The notes: generated by a model not told the origin, from the letters alone. Positions 34,915 to 44,498 are shown, counted from the stretch's first letter. The stretch is 48,594 bases of DNA from Candidatus Dojkabacteria bacterium (GCA_030583825.1 CP129477.1:909627-958220); one strand, 5' to 3'. Program-made: numbers and translations.

Positions 34915-35784
34915 CTAAAATGCGGTCAAAATTATGCCGAAGACAACGAGTGCAATACCAGCCAACTGGAATCGTGTAATCTTCTCTTTGGAAAAGATCA
35001 TAGCCAATGCAACTGTTACAACGGTCAATGCTGATGATATTGGTGCAACGATAACTCCGTCTCCATAAGACTGTCCAAATGTTGCGCTTAAGACTCCTAT
35101 TGCCTCGAGAATACCTACCGATGCAAGCAAAAGAATAAGCTTTGGTTGAATATTTTTTATCTCTAATGATTGCTTTTGGAAGAGTGAAAGTCCAAAAACC
35201 ACGATCAAGGCAATAAATTTTGTGATTAATCCAACTGTAAGCCAATCTACCTGCTCAACAATAAATTCGTTAACTGGCCAATAAAATACTCCAAAAATAA
35301 CTGCTGCAATGAATGTTTCTCTTACTCCCGCGAGCAGTGAAACTGTTCCCTTTTTGAGGTCATCAAAGTTTGTAGAGACGACTAAGACACCAATAAGCAA
35401 GATTATTATTGCTGGAACCTGTAACAAGGACAGCTCTTGGCCTCTAAACAGGGAGATAATAATAACAAATAGTACTTGTAAGTTGATTACAGCAGAAATG
35501 ACGGAGACATTACCGATTTCGAATCCTTTATAGAAGAAGAGGTATCCTAATGCATATGCAATTCCGCAAAAAATGGCAAGCGGAAAAAATATTCCCGGAA
35601 GATGTAAATTGGGCGCCATAAAAATAGCGACTGCTATGATTGTGACAAATCCAGCAACTTGAGACCAGAAAAATGTTTTTGAATGGCCAATTTTCTCAGA
35701 AGAATTATTTGCAAGGAAGTCAGATGTTCCCCATCCAAACATTCCGCCGAGCCCGGCTAATATGCTCAAAAGTGTTTTATTCAT
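34915..35784 (-). CDS. DMT/EamA family transporter
   Basis: About 10 TM segments in two repeats; G.VSVISAV and V.PISS. Confidence 0.85.
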   Translation of the reverse strand: MNKTLLSILAGLGGMFGWGTSDFLANNSSEKIGHSKTFFWSQVAGFVTIIAVAIFMAPNLHLPGIFFPLAIFCGIAYALGYLFFYKGFEIGNVSVISAVINLQVLFVIIISLFRGQELSLLQVPAIIILLIGVLVVSTNFDDLKKGTVSLLAGVRETFIAAVIFGVFYWPVNEFIVEQVDWLTVGLITKFIALIVVFGLSLFQKQSLEIKNIQPKLILLLASVGILEAIGVLSATFGQSYGDGVIVAPISSALTVVTVALAMIFSKEKITRFQLAGIALVVFGIILTAF

Positions 35785-35823
35785 TGGAGATTATAGCAGA
35801 AAATACGGGGATACAGTTTTTGG

Positions 35824-35945
35824 AGAATGCACCCGGAGGGAATCGGTCACCTCGCATTATGCTGAATTACTAATGAATACTCCTCGACCCCGTCCTCACT
35901 TAGAAAAGCAGGAGCAACTGCTTTTCTTCACTCGGTTTCGATTCC
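35824..35945 (-). repeat. tRNA-linked mini-element, copy D (tRNA-Arg), ending in a 22-bp exact duplicate of the tRNA 3' end
   Basis: 35824-35845 equals 36121-36142. All family motifs are present except that ACGAAG is degenerate. Confidence 0.88.
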
Positions 35946-35994
35946 TATCTTTCAGTTAAGAAGTAACACCACATTTCATATGCTGCTACCTCTT

Positions 35995-36120
35995 AATGCA
36001 CCCGGAGGGATACCCAGCTCCGCTTCTCTCGCAAAGCTCGAGTTAGAACCATTCACTTTGTGAAGGTCACTTTCCTTCCCCAGGTATTCTGCGCTATCAC
36101 CTAAAATTAGGTTACACCGC
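35995..36120 (-). repeat. Second tRNA-Arg-linked spacer closed by a 16-bp duplicate of the tRNA 3' end
   Basis: 35995-36010 (AATGCACCCGGAGGGA) equals 36123-36138. Confidence 0.8.
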
Positions 36121-36124
36121 AGAA

Positions 36125-36198
36125 TGCACCCGGAGGGAATCGAACCCCCAACCTTTGGTTCCGCAAACCAATGCTCTATCCAATTGAGCTACGGGTAC
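36125..36198 (-). tRNA. tRNA-Arg(GCG)
   Basis: TTGGT-TTGCGGA-ACCAA anticodon arm; acceptor GTACCCG/CGGGTGC. Confidence 0.93.
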
Positions 36199-36249
36199 CT
36201 ACGTTCGTATTATAAAACTTTTTTAGCTGTTATGCCACATTAATGTAAT

Positions 36250-36281
36250 AAAAAAGGGAGCTTCATTTCTGAAACTCCCTT
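36250..36281 (-). terminator. Rho-independent terminator after khpA
   Basis: AAGGGAGTTTCA-gaaa-TGAAGCTCCCTTTTTT on the minus strand. Confidence 0.75.
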
Positions 36282-36302
36282 ATATAAAGTAGAAACAGCT
36301 AA

Positions 36303-36563
36303 TTATTCCAATGCTGCATCTGGTCGTGGGCTTGAAGGAACTTTTACATCAACAAACTTTCCTTCTTTAATTGCCTTAATTTTGACAAGTGATCGGATTG
36401 CGTTAATGTTTTTTCCTTGTTTTCCAATGACGATTCCAGTGTCTGCTGGGTCTGTGTGAATTTCGAGCATAATTTTGCCCGTTTCATCAACAGTCTCGTT
36501 AATGACGACAGAATCAGGATTCTCCACGATCTGTCTCACGATGTACTCGACTAGCTCTTTCAT
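36303..36563 (-). CDS. khpA: KH-domain RNA-binding protein (KhpA/YlqC)
   Basis: MKELVEYIV..IV.NP..V and D.G.VIGKQGKNI.AIR; located downstream of rpsP. Confidence 0.9.
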   Translation of the reverse strand: MKELVEYIVRQIVENPDSVVINETVDETGKIMLEIHTDPADTGIVIGKQGKNINAIRSLVKIKAIKEGKFVDVKVPSSPRPDAALE

Positions 36564-36605
36564 TATGAGAATAATTAATTAAATTAAGATCCTAGAACTA
36601 TTATA

Positions 36606-36887
36606 CTACTCTTTTTTAGATTTTTCTGCCTTTGGCTTTGATGGCCATTTTTTCTCTTTCTCTTCTTTAGAAAGAACGAGCCTTTCGACTGATTCTGTTG
36701 GTTGTGCTCCAACTCCAACCCAGTACGCATATTTCTCTGCGTCAATTTTCTTTTCATTTTTCAATGGGTTATACCAGCCGACAATGTCTGTATACTGTCC
36801 GTCGCGCTTTGAACGAGCTTCTGCAACGACAATTCGGTAAAATGGCTGATGAGTCTTACCAATTCTTGTAAGTCTAATTTTAAGCAT
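36606..36887 (-). CDS. rpsP: 30S ribosomal protein S16
   Basis: [27 protein letters not shown] and GAQPTE.V. Confidence 0.96.
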   Translation of the reverse strand: MLKIRLTRIGKTHQPFYRIVVAEARSKRDGQYTDIVGWYNPLKNEKKIDAEKYAYWVGVGAQPTESVERLVLSKEEKEKKWPSKPKAEKSKKE

Positions 36888-37617
36888 TTGATGAGCTTAT
36901 CAATTTATCTATGGTTTCGAGAGCCTTCTCGGCGGCATCTTCTTCAGCACGTTGTTTAGAGGATCCCGTGCCTTCACCTAATTTCTTTTTATCTACGAGA
37001 ACTGCAGCGACATAATTTTTTTCATGCGCAGGGCCCGACTCATGGATTATAGTATACACGGGCGTTTTTTTGAAGTGATTTTGTGTAATTTCCTGTAATT
37101 GGGTCTTTGGATCAACATATTTTTTATGAGTTATGATGTGATCTGCGTGCGCCTTTAGTGTTCTAAAAATAAATTCTGACGCAACTTTTATTCCACCATC
37201 AAGGAATAATGCTCCAACAATGGATTCAAAAATATTCGCAAGGATATATGGTTTTGTTCTACCACCAGTTTTTTCTTCACCTTTACCCATGATGATACAT
37301 TCTCCGATTCCGATTTCTTCAACTGCTTTGCTGAGTGATGTTGTACGAACAATTGTTGATCTGACAAGTGTTAATATTCCTTCAGAAAAGTCTGGATAAT
37401 TACGGTACAGGTAATCTGAAATGATGAGCTCTAATACAGCATCACCAAGAAATTCTATTCTTTCATTATTATAGATATCTCCATGCTTTTTTAACTGGTT
37501 CGTGTAAGACCTGTGGGTTAATGCGAGCTGTAAGTATTCTCTATTTTTGAATTTGTACTTGAGAATTTCTTCTGCCTTGTCAAAATAGGCTTTATGCTCC
37601 GGTGGAAGGTTGTTCAT
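36880..37617 (-). CDS. rnc: Ribonuclease III
   Basis: [12 protein letters not shown] signature plus a dsRBD ([20 protein letters not shown]). Confidence 0.96.
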   Translation of the reverse strand: MNNLPPEHKAYFDKAEEILKYKFKNREYLQLALTHRSYTNQLKKHGDIYNNERIEFLGDAVLELIISDYLYRNYPDFSEGILTLVRSTIVRTTSLSKAVEEIGIGECIIMGKGEEKTGGRTKPYILANIFESIVGALFLDGGIKVASEFIFRTLKAHADHIITHKKYVDPKTQLQEITQNHFKKTPVYTIIHESGPAHEKNYVAAVLVDKKKLGEGTGSSKQRAEEDAAEKALETIDKLISSSNA

Positions 37618-38041
37618 TTGTTTCTAAGTCGGCAAATTCAGATGCATACAATGCTCCAAGGACACCATTGATGAATTTGTAGCTTGATTCTGCACCAAAC
37701 GCTTTTGCAAGCTCTACCGCTTCATTAATAGCCACCTTTGGAGGAGTAATTTTACCAATAAATCCCTCTGCGATAACAATACGAAGGATATTTAAGTCAA
37801 TGCCATTTATATCTGAAATTGGGCGCTCTTTTGCGTATTTTGCAATAAGTGAATCAATATAAGGGATATTGTCTTTCAATAAATTTTTGATTGTTTCGTA
37901 TTTTTCTTTGTCGTAGGGAACGTTTTCAAAGAAAGCATCGGTAACATTGCTATTACCTTCTTCAAACGTTTGCGCAAATAATTCCTCAAGCACTAGTGCG
38001 CGTGCATTTCTTCTGGGATCTTCTGTAAAATAGATATCCAT
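37592..38041 (-). CDS. nusB: Transcription antitermination factor NusB
   Basis: RR.AR...L..LF, ID.NILRI and KVAINEAVELAK.FG...SYKFINGVL. Confidence 0.92.
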   Translation of the reverse strand: MDIYFTEDPRRNARALVLEELFAQTFEEGNSNVTDAFFENVPYDKEKYETIKNLLKDNIPYIDSLIAKYAKERPISDINGIDLNILRIVIAEGFIGKITPPKVAINEAVELAKAFGAESSYKFINGVLGALYASEFADLETNEQPSTGA

Positions 38042-38049
38042 AGACGGAT

Positions 38050-38202
38050 TTATTTGGCATTACAATGAATACAGCGGCTGTGGTTCTTTTTTAAATGACC
38101 ACAAGATTGACAGACGGTAACGCCTGTTAATGTAACTTTGCTGTTTGCTTTATTTCGTCGCGCGGTTCTCCCATGCGATTGTCTTTTCTTTGGAACTGCC
38201 AT
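38050..38202 (-). CDS. rpmF: 50S ribosomal protein L32 (not in the ORF track)
   Basis: Hand translation: MAVPKKRQSHGRTARRNKANSKVTLTGVTVCQSCGHLKKNHSRCIHCNAK. Confidence 0.93.
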   Translation of the reverse strand: MAVPKKRQSHGRTARRNKANSKVTLTGVTVCQSCGHLKKNHSRCIHCNAK

Positions 38203-38240
38203 ATGTGGAAGTATATAACACCAGAATTAAATAGTCAACG

Positions 38241-40124
38241 CTACTTGTTCTCTTCAAAACGCTTTTTTACCTCATTATCCTGTAGAAATTCACGAATGAC
38301 TGCTGCTGCTCTGCTGCTGTCGCTTCCTCCTTCTAAAAGAATAGCAAATGCATATTGGGGATCTTCGTAAGGAAAAAAGCCAATAATCCAGGCGTGAGCA
38401 GTTAAATATCCGTCTTTATCTTTCACTCCGAATTCCGCAGTACCGGTCTTTGCTGCAACAGTAAAAGGTGTATTTCGAAGGCTTGTAATAATACCACGCT
38501 GCTCAGTAATTCCCATTCTCATTCCCTGCCTCACCGTTTGTAAGTTTTCGGGACTTATAAATCCAGATTCGATAACTTCCGGTTGGTGTGACACTTCTTC
38601 AGCATTCTGTTTCATCACTTTCTGTGCCAAATATGGACGATACACTGTTCCACCGTTTGCAATTGTACTGGCAATTGATGCCATTTGCAGCGGAGTTGCA
38701 AGCGTAATTCCCTGCCCGATTGCTGCATTACACGCGTCACCTTCGGGGTACCAAATTTCATCGAGCCAATATGCTCCATTTTGAGCAAGCCACAGCTTGT
38801 TTTCCGGCGATGGAATACGTCCCTTCATTTCGCCCGGAATATCTATGCCAGCTTGTTTTCCCACTCCAAATTTTTCTGCGTAGCCCAAAAATGGCTCTAT
38901 TCCCATCTCAATAATAGTTCTGCAAAAGAAAATATTGCTCGACACCATAAGCGCGCTCCTGACATCTAACGTTCCGTGCACTCTTTTTCGGTAGTCCTGA
39001 AACGGCTGCCCTCCTGAAAGATAAATAACTCCAGGTGCATTAAATGTTGTGTTTCGAGTGATCGAGCCGCTTTGTAACGCTGCTGAGGCAACTAATGTTT
39101 TAAATGTAGATCCCGGCGGCTCCTGCGAGCTAATTGGTCTATACAGTAATGGTGTTTGAGGGTTATCTAATAATGTTTTGTAATCTTTGCTTGAAATCCC
39201 ACCGACAAAAAGGTTGTTATCGTATGAGGGATAACTGACAAGTGCTTTTACAGCTCCGGAACGGACATCTAATACCACGGCCGACCCGCCCTTTGCATGA
39301 TGCATGTCAACATACTTTTTTACCTTATCAAACAGTACTTTTTGGTACGTTGCATTTATTGTAAGAGTGATATTGCTACCATGCTGAGGATCAACAAGAT
39401 ACCCCTGAAATTCTGAGCTCTGCTCTCCAAATGCATTTGTCTCTATGTATCGCGAACCATGAATTCCTCGAAGTTCTTTGTCATATTGTACTTCTATTCC
39501 TGATTTTCCTGTTACTTCGTTATAGAATAAGCTTGGATCTCGCTTTAAATCAGTATCACTGACAAGTCCTGTATACCCAAGCAAATGAGAAAATTCGGGG
39601 CCTTGAATATATTGCCGAACATATGATGACTTTACAAACAATCCCTCATGTCGCTTTGCCTGTACGTCAATTGCAATTTCTTTTGGTACTTTGTGTACAA
39701 TAAGTCGCGGGGTAATTGTATCTTCTGTTTCTTCCGTATGTTCTGCTTTATACTCTTCCAACTCGTCCGCAATAGCAGGATACAATATCGCAATCTCTTC
39801 AAGCGAAAGGTATTTTTGAACGTAATACAAATCGAACGTTTTATCGTTTTGAACAAGAGGAATTCCCTCGCTATCGAAAATAATTCCTCTACTGGCAAAA
39901 ATAGGCTCTTTAAAGAGTGAGTTGTCTTGTGCTAGAGCAATGTATTTTGAATTTTCGGTGACTGTTATGGAAATTAATCCATATCCAATATAGCTGATAG
40001 TTATTAGAATTCCGAGAAAAATAGCACCAATAAACGAGTTTTGAGTAGTTTTATCTTGCTCCGCAAATGCTGATGTTTTATCACGCAGTTGCTTTTGGAG
40101 CAGGGGCAGAATGCTTCCTCTCAT
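38241..40124 (-). CDS. mrdA: Penicillin-binding protein 2 (class B)
   Basis: SRG.I.D, GKSGIE.QYD..L.G, PGSTFK (SxxK), SSN and KTGTAE. Confidence 0.92.
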   Translation of the reverse strand: MRGSILPLLQKQLRDKTSAFAEQDKTTQNSFIGAIFLGILITISYIGYGLISITVTENSKYIALAQDNSLFKEPIFASRGIIFDSEGIPLVQNDKTFDLYYVQKYLSLEEIAILYPAIADELEEYKAEHTEETEDTITPRLIVHKVPKEIAIDVQAKRHEGLFVKSSYVRQYIQGPEFSHLLGYTGLVSDTDLKRDPSLFYNEVTGKSGIEVQYDKELRGIHGSRYIETNAFGEQSSEFQGYLVDPQHGSNITLTINATYQKVLFDKVKKYVDMHHAKGGSAVVLDVRSGAVKALVSYPSYDNNLFVGGISSKDYKTLLDNPQTPLLYRPISSQEPPGSTFKTLVASAALQSGSITRNTTFNAPGVIYLSGGQPFQDYRKRVHGTLDVRSALMVSSNIFFCRTIIEMGIEPFLGYAEKFGVGKQAGIDIPGEMKGRIPSPENKLWLAQNGAYWLDEIWYPEGDACNAAIGQGITLATPLQMASIASTIANGGTVYRPYLAQKVMKQNAEEVSHQPEVIESGFISPENLQTVRQGMRMGITEQRGIITSLRNTPFTVAAKTGTAEFGVKDKDGYLTAHAWIIGFFPYEDPQYAFAILLEGGSDSSRAAAVIREFLQDNEVKKRFEENK

Positions 40125-40560
40125 AGTAATTCATTATAACGCGAAAAGTAATCCCAAGACAACCTGCAATGAGGGTTTGTATCAGTACGACCGGTATTTG
40201 AATAGTAATATCATTCATCCCCGTGGAAATTCCGGAAAAGAATGCCATACTCACCAAAAAAGAAATAAGCGCCACAATTGAAGAAAGATATACTCCAAAC
40301 GATTGCTTTTTTAACAAAATATTAAGTCCATATGCAAAAAGTAAGGCAATCGAAAGTGCTAATGGAAATATACCCAGCGGTGTGAAAAATATACTGCTCG
40401 CAAAAAATGCCGTAATAATAACGGGTAAGGGATTTTTTTCATAATTGCCGGACAGTAAATACATAAACAGCCATGCTCCCGGCAGGGAAACGATGTTTGG
40501 TAAAAAGAGTGAGAACAAACAACACACAACGAGAAATATAATATCTATACGTATTTTCAT
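40081..40560 (-). CDS. Probable MreD-like membrane protein
   Basis: About 5 TM segments, located between mreC and pbp2; called on position only. Confidence 0.55.
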   Translation of the reverse strand: MKIRIDIIFLVVCCLFSLFLPNIVSLPGAWLFMYLLSGNYEKNPLPVIITAFFASSIFFTPLGIFPLALSIALLFAYGLNILLKKQSFGVYLSSIVALISFLVSMAFFSGISTGMNDITIQIPVVLIQTLIAGCLGITFRVIMNYYERKHSAPAPKATA

Positions 40561-41342
40561 TCTATAATCACTGTCACAAAAGTAAGATCATCAAGAGCAA
40601 TGAGTGGAGAAATAATTGCTTGCTTTGTCGAGCCGCCGATTCCTTCTTCCATCCTTGTTACTGTTGCAACGGGCAAAGTGACTTTATCTTCAAGTATAAA
40701 TGCTACGACTCTATCTCCTTCAGCAACATTTTCAGTAACAAGAATATCGCCAATAATAAGTCGTCCATTTTGGTTCTGTAGTAGCCCAACAACCTTTTTA
40801 TTTTGAATAGCCACTTTCTGAGACGAGTTTTGCCTGTAAATTGAGGTCACAACAGCGGTATGAGGAAACACTCTTGAAACTACCCCGATGTATGTATTTC
40901 CGGAGCTTACAGCTTGATCAATGGCAATACCGTCTTCCGATCCCTTATTAATAAGCAATGTTCCAGTTGAGTCTCCAAATGAGTTATCTATAACTTGTGC
41001 GTCCACCTTTTTAGAAACTCCCTGAAGTGTGCTATTTTTTAAATATTCTTCTGATAAAGCACAAAAGCTTTTAATATCTTCTTTTTGGGAAAGTTCCTGA
41101 CGTAGTTGCAGTACTTCTGCTCGTAGCGAGACATTTTCTTCATACAGTGTATGAAGTGAGCCAATTTGTGAAAAGAAAGTGACAGTATTTGCGGAGCTTT
41201 GTTTTCCTGCGAAAAGAAGCGGATCAGCGATAAAAGACCTTGTATTATATACAAACTGAAGAGCTCCAATGCTATCAAGTAGGAATACAATACTCATTAC
41301 TAAAAAAGAGATAAAGTAGACTGGGAATTTTGAAGCGCTCAT
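40557..41342 (-). CDS. mreC: Rod shape-determining protein MreC
   Basis: TM plus coiled coil (LYEEN..LRAE), and INKGSEDGI..DQAV......GVV..V. Confidence 0.85.
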   Translation of the reverse strand: MSASKFPVYFISFLVMSIVFLLDSIGALQFVYNTRSFIADPLLFAGKQSSANTVTFFSQIGSLHTLYEENVSLRAEVLQLRQELSQKEDIKSFCALSEEYLKNSTLQGVSKKVDAQVIDNSFGDSTGTLLINKGSEDGIAIDQAVSSGNTYIGVVSRVFPHTAVVTSIYRQNSSQKVAIQNKKVVGLLQNQNGRLIIGDILVTENVAEGDRVVAFILEDKVTLPVATVTRMEEGIGGSTKQAIISPLIALDDLTFVTVIIE

Positions 41343-41367
41343 ATACGATAGTACCGTACTTTGTAGA

Positions 41368-42417
41368 CTATATCAAACTTCGCTCGCTTTCTTTCAGCTT
41401 TTTGAGGATTTCTACTTCTTGCAATACTGCAAGAGTTCCCTGTACAACACTCAGTGATGGACTTGGAGCTTTTCTTACAGGAATTCTTAGAACTTCTTTC
41501 CAATATGAGTCAAGGCCATCTAGCTGGCCCCCACCTCCTGTGAGAAGGATACCTTGCGAATAAATGTCTGTAATAAGTTCTGGAGGAGCATCTTCAAGCG
41601 CCTCTTTTATTGCTTCTGTCATAAGGTACAGAGACGGTGCCAGTGCTTCGCGGATCTCAATACTGCTTACTTCGACTGATTTTGGAAGGCCTTTTATCAT
41701 ATCCCTTCCCTGTACTTGCATAGTCTTCTCTTTTTTCATGGGAAATGCGCTTCCAACTGACATTTTGATATTTTCTGCGGTTCTTTTACCTACTAAAAGG
41801 TTGTAACGTTCGCGAAGAAAGTCAACGACATGGTCGTCCATCTCATCTCCGGCGATTTTAATAGTTTTATCAACGACAATTCCGCCAAGAGAGATAATTG
41901 CAATATCTGTCGTACCTCCGCCTATATCTACAACCATACTGCCAATTGCATCCTGTACGGGGAGCCCTGTGCCGATTGCTGCGGCCATAGGCTCTTCAAT
42001 TACATATGCTTCGCGCGCTCCTGCTGACTCTGCAGCATCAATCACTGCCTGTTTTTCTACTTCTGTAATGGCTGAAGGAACTCCAATAACAACACGAGGT
42101 CGAGGAACTGTGGCATACGTACCAAATTCGGCATGAACTTTTGAAATGAAATACTTAAGCATTGCCTGGGTTGTATCGAAATCAACAATGATTCCATCTT
42201 TTAGTGGGCGAATAGCGATAACATTTGCGGGAGTACGTCCAAGCATCTCTTTTGCTTCTTTACCTACTGCGAGGACTTCTTTTGTCTGCTTATTGATAGC
42301 AACAACAGATGGCTCATGCATAACAACGCCTTTACCCAATATACCCACCCGGGTATTCGCAGTACCGAGATCTATGCCTATATCAAGTGTGAGAAATGAG
42401 AGAAGCTTTCCAAGCAT
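41368..42417 (-). CDS. mreB: Rod shape-determining protein MreB
   Basis: DIGIDLGTANT, EPSVVA, IRPLKDG.I.DF, EEPMAAAIG, VDIGGGTTD and LTGGG. Start moved to ATG 42417. Confidence 0.96.
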   Translation of the reverse strand: MLGKLLSFLTLDIGIDLGTANTRVGILGKGVVMHEPSVVAINKQTKEVLAVGKEAKEMLGRTPANVIAIRPLKDGIIVDFDTTQAMLKYFISKVHAEFGTYATVPRPRVVIGVPSAITEVEKQAVIDAAESAGAREAYVIEEPMAAAIGTGLPVQDAIGSMVVDIGGGTTDIAIISLGGIVVDKTIKIAGDEMDDHVVDFLRERYNLLVGKRTAENIKMSVGSAFPMKKEKTMQVQGRDMIKGLPKSVEVSSIEIREALAPSLYLMTEAIKEALEDAPPELITDIYSQGILLTGGGGQLDGLDSYWKEVLRIPVRKAPSPSLSVVQGTLAVLQEVEILKKLKESERSLI

Positions 42418-42549
42418 GCCGTAGTAATTTTGACTTAATACTGCAAGTTTAGCACATAATGCCAAAGCTTGAGACATGTATTCGTACTCTTTTGCTAGAT
42501 GAATACACAAAAAATAGAGAAACGACTCTTACACTAAGATTGAAATCTT

Positions 42550-42813
42550 TTATGCAGCGATGTTCAGCTTGCTGACACCCTTTACATTCTTTCTCTTAAG
42601 GAAAGCAATGCCGTCTTTCTGATATCGCTTGTAGCAACTCATACAGACTGAAAGGTTCAATGTTGAAAGGCTGTCTGTCAATTTGAGTGAGCGGATGTTT
42701 GGTGCCCATGTTCTTTTGGTTCGTGGTGCACGAAATCTCCAGCGTGAGTGACGGTGCATGTGCTGGTCACCATGAGCTGTTTTCTTTCCGCATACGTCGC
42801 ACTTCAACGCCAT
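42550..42813 (-). CDS. rpmB: 50S ribosomal protein L28
   Basis: KCDVCGK...G, RTKRTW.PNI and VC.SC.K. Confidence 0.88.
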   Translation of the reverse strand: MALKCDVCGKKTAHGDQHMHRHSRWRFRAPRTKRTWAPNIRSLKLTDSLSTLNLSVCMSCYKRYQKDGIAFLKRKNVKGVSKLNIAA

Positions 42814-42815
42814 AA

Positions 42816-43508
42816 TTAATCCATTAATTTTATGTCAAATTGTACTGCAGGGCCCATTGTTGGGGTCAAGTATGCATTCTTAATGACTGCTTCTTTGTTT
42901 CGTCCCATCATTACTGCAATGTAGTGAACTGCTTCTTTAATATTTTCCTGCAATTTTTTGCCTTCAAAAGAGACTTTTCCAACTGGAATATGAATTCCAC
43001 CTGCTGCATCTGCTTTAAAAACAAGCTTTCCTCTTTTAAATTCGCCAATTGTATCTACAATTTTTGATCCATCAGCTACTGTGCCGTTCTTTGGATTTGG
43101 CATTAAACCTTTTGGCCCAAGTACTTTACCCATTGATGCAAGCTGTGACATAACTTCTGGAACAGAAAGCAAGATATCAAAGTTAACTTTGCCATCTTTT
43201 AACTCTTTCAAAAGATCTTCAAGAACATAAATGTCTGCGCCAGCTTCTTTTACTGCTGCTTGCAAATGATCTGGAACTGCAACTGCAATAACTGCTGCTT
43301 TTGCTTCCATGTGTGGAAGTGAAACGCTACCTTTGATTGATTTTGGATCTTTATCTTTTGGAAGATTCAATGCAACATGGAGCTCTACTGTACCGTCAAA
43401 CTTGCTATACGAAAGCTTTTTTGTGCTTTCTACTGCTTCTTTGAGTGAGAGAACCTTTGAAGGGACTCTTTCTGCTATTTTTTCGTATTTCTTACCTCGT
43501 GATGGCAT
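42816..43508 (-). CDS. rplA: 50S ribosomal protein L1
   Basis: KFDGTVE, G.VLGPKGLMPNPK.GT and TPTMGP. Confidence 0.96.
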   Translation of the reverse strand: MPSRGKKYEKIAERVPSKVLSLKEAVESTKKLSYSKFDGTVELHVALNLPKDKDPKSIKGSVSLPHMEAKAAVIAVAVPDHLQAAVKEAGADIYVLEDLLKELKDGKVNFDILLSVPEVMSQLASMGKVLGPKGLMPNPKNGTVADGSKIVDTIGEFKRGKLVFKADAAGGIHIPVGKVSFEGKKLQENIKEAVHYIAVMMGRNKEAVIKNAYLTPTMGPAVQFDIKLMD

Positions 43509-43513
43509 ACATG

Positions 43514-43939
43514 CTAATCAATAATTTTAACTCCCATTTGTCTTGCTGTTCCTTCGAGAATATTCATTGCCATTTCAATGTTAACTGCGTTAAGGTCAGC
43601 CATTTTTTCTTCAGCTACTTCTTTAAGCTGTGCTTTTGTCATTTCACTCACTTTCTGCAAGTTTGGTCGGCTTGATCCTTTTTCGATACCAAGCTTTTTC
43701 TTAATCAATGCAGATGCTGTCGGTGGTCTAAAGTCTAATGAAAATGTTCTGTCTTCGTAAACTGTTAAGATCGCAGGAATTTTAATACCCATACGGTCGC
43801 GTGTTGCTTCGTTAAACTTATCACAGAATTCTTTAATATTTACACCAGCTGCGCTAATTGTAGGGCCTAATGGTGGTGCAGGAACAGCTTTTCCTCCTGC
43901 GATAATTACTTTTAGCACTTTTTTAATTTTCTTTGCCAT
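43514..43939 (-). CDS. rplK: 50S ribosomal protein L11
   Basis: GKA.PAPPLGP, FC..FN..T, VYEDRTF and GTARQMG. Confidence 0.97.
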   Translation of the reverse strand: MAKKIKKVLKVIIAGGKAVPAPPLGPTISAAGVNIKEFCDKFNEATRDRMGIKIPAILTVYEDRTFSLDFRPPTASALIKKKLGIEKGSSRPNLQKVSEMTKAQLKEVAEEKMADLNAVNIEMAMNILEGTARQMGVKIID

Positions 43940-43955
43940 ACTTACTCTGTATCAA

Positions 43956-44498
43956 TTAAAGTTTCTGAACTTGTGTCATATCTAAATCTATTGGGTTTTC
44001 TCGACCCATGAAAGTGATGAGTATTTTAACTCGTCCCTTTGCTTCATCTACTGCTGCGACTTTGCCTAACCAATCTTTGAACGCACCGTCTGTGATCTTT
44101 ACAGCATCATTGATTCTAATTGTTGTTGCGTACACTTTCTGCTTTGATTGTGCCTCTGGTTTCTCGTTACGCATTCGCTCTACCTCTTCTTCTGTGAGTG
44201 GGTATACTGTGTCTCCAATTCGTACAAATCCTCTGACTTCTTCAATGTTTGTAATCATTGGAGCAGTCATGTTGGTGTAAAGCATCTTTATAAGAACGTA
44301 TCCTGCGAGCATTCTCTTTTTCTGAAGTACTTTCTTTCCGTCTTTTACAACGATCTTTGACTGTTTTGGTACGACAAGGTCAGAAAAATATTGCTTTAAT
44401 CCTTGTGTTGCAATCATTTGCTGAATCTTTTCAACAACAAAGTCTTCTTTTCCAGAGTGAACGCTTAAAACGTACCACTTGTGGTCTTTCTGATCCAT
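43956..44498 (-). CDS. nusG: Transcription termination/antitermination factor NusG
   Basis: WYVL.VHSG.E, GYVLIKM, and a KOW domain (V.ITDGAF....G.V). Confidence 0.95.
   Translation of the reverse strand: MDQKDHKWYVLSVHSGKEDFVVEKIQQMIATQGLKQYFSDLVVPKQSKIVVKDGKKVLQKKRMLAGYVLIKMLYTNMTAPMITNIEEVRGFVRIGDTVYPLTEEEVERMRNEKPEAQSKQKVYATTIRINDAVKITDGAFKDWLGKVAAVDEAKGRVKILITFMGRENPIDLDMTQVQKL

Noticed and set aside
35824-36142. Three direct repeats with spacers resembling a mini CRISPR array
   Set aside because: The repeats are the tRNA-Arg 3' end, the spacers are long and unequal (about 110-150 bp) and structured, and no cas genes are present.
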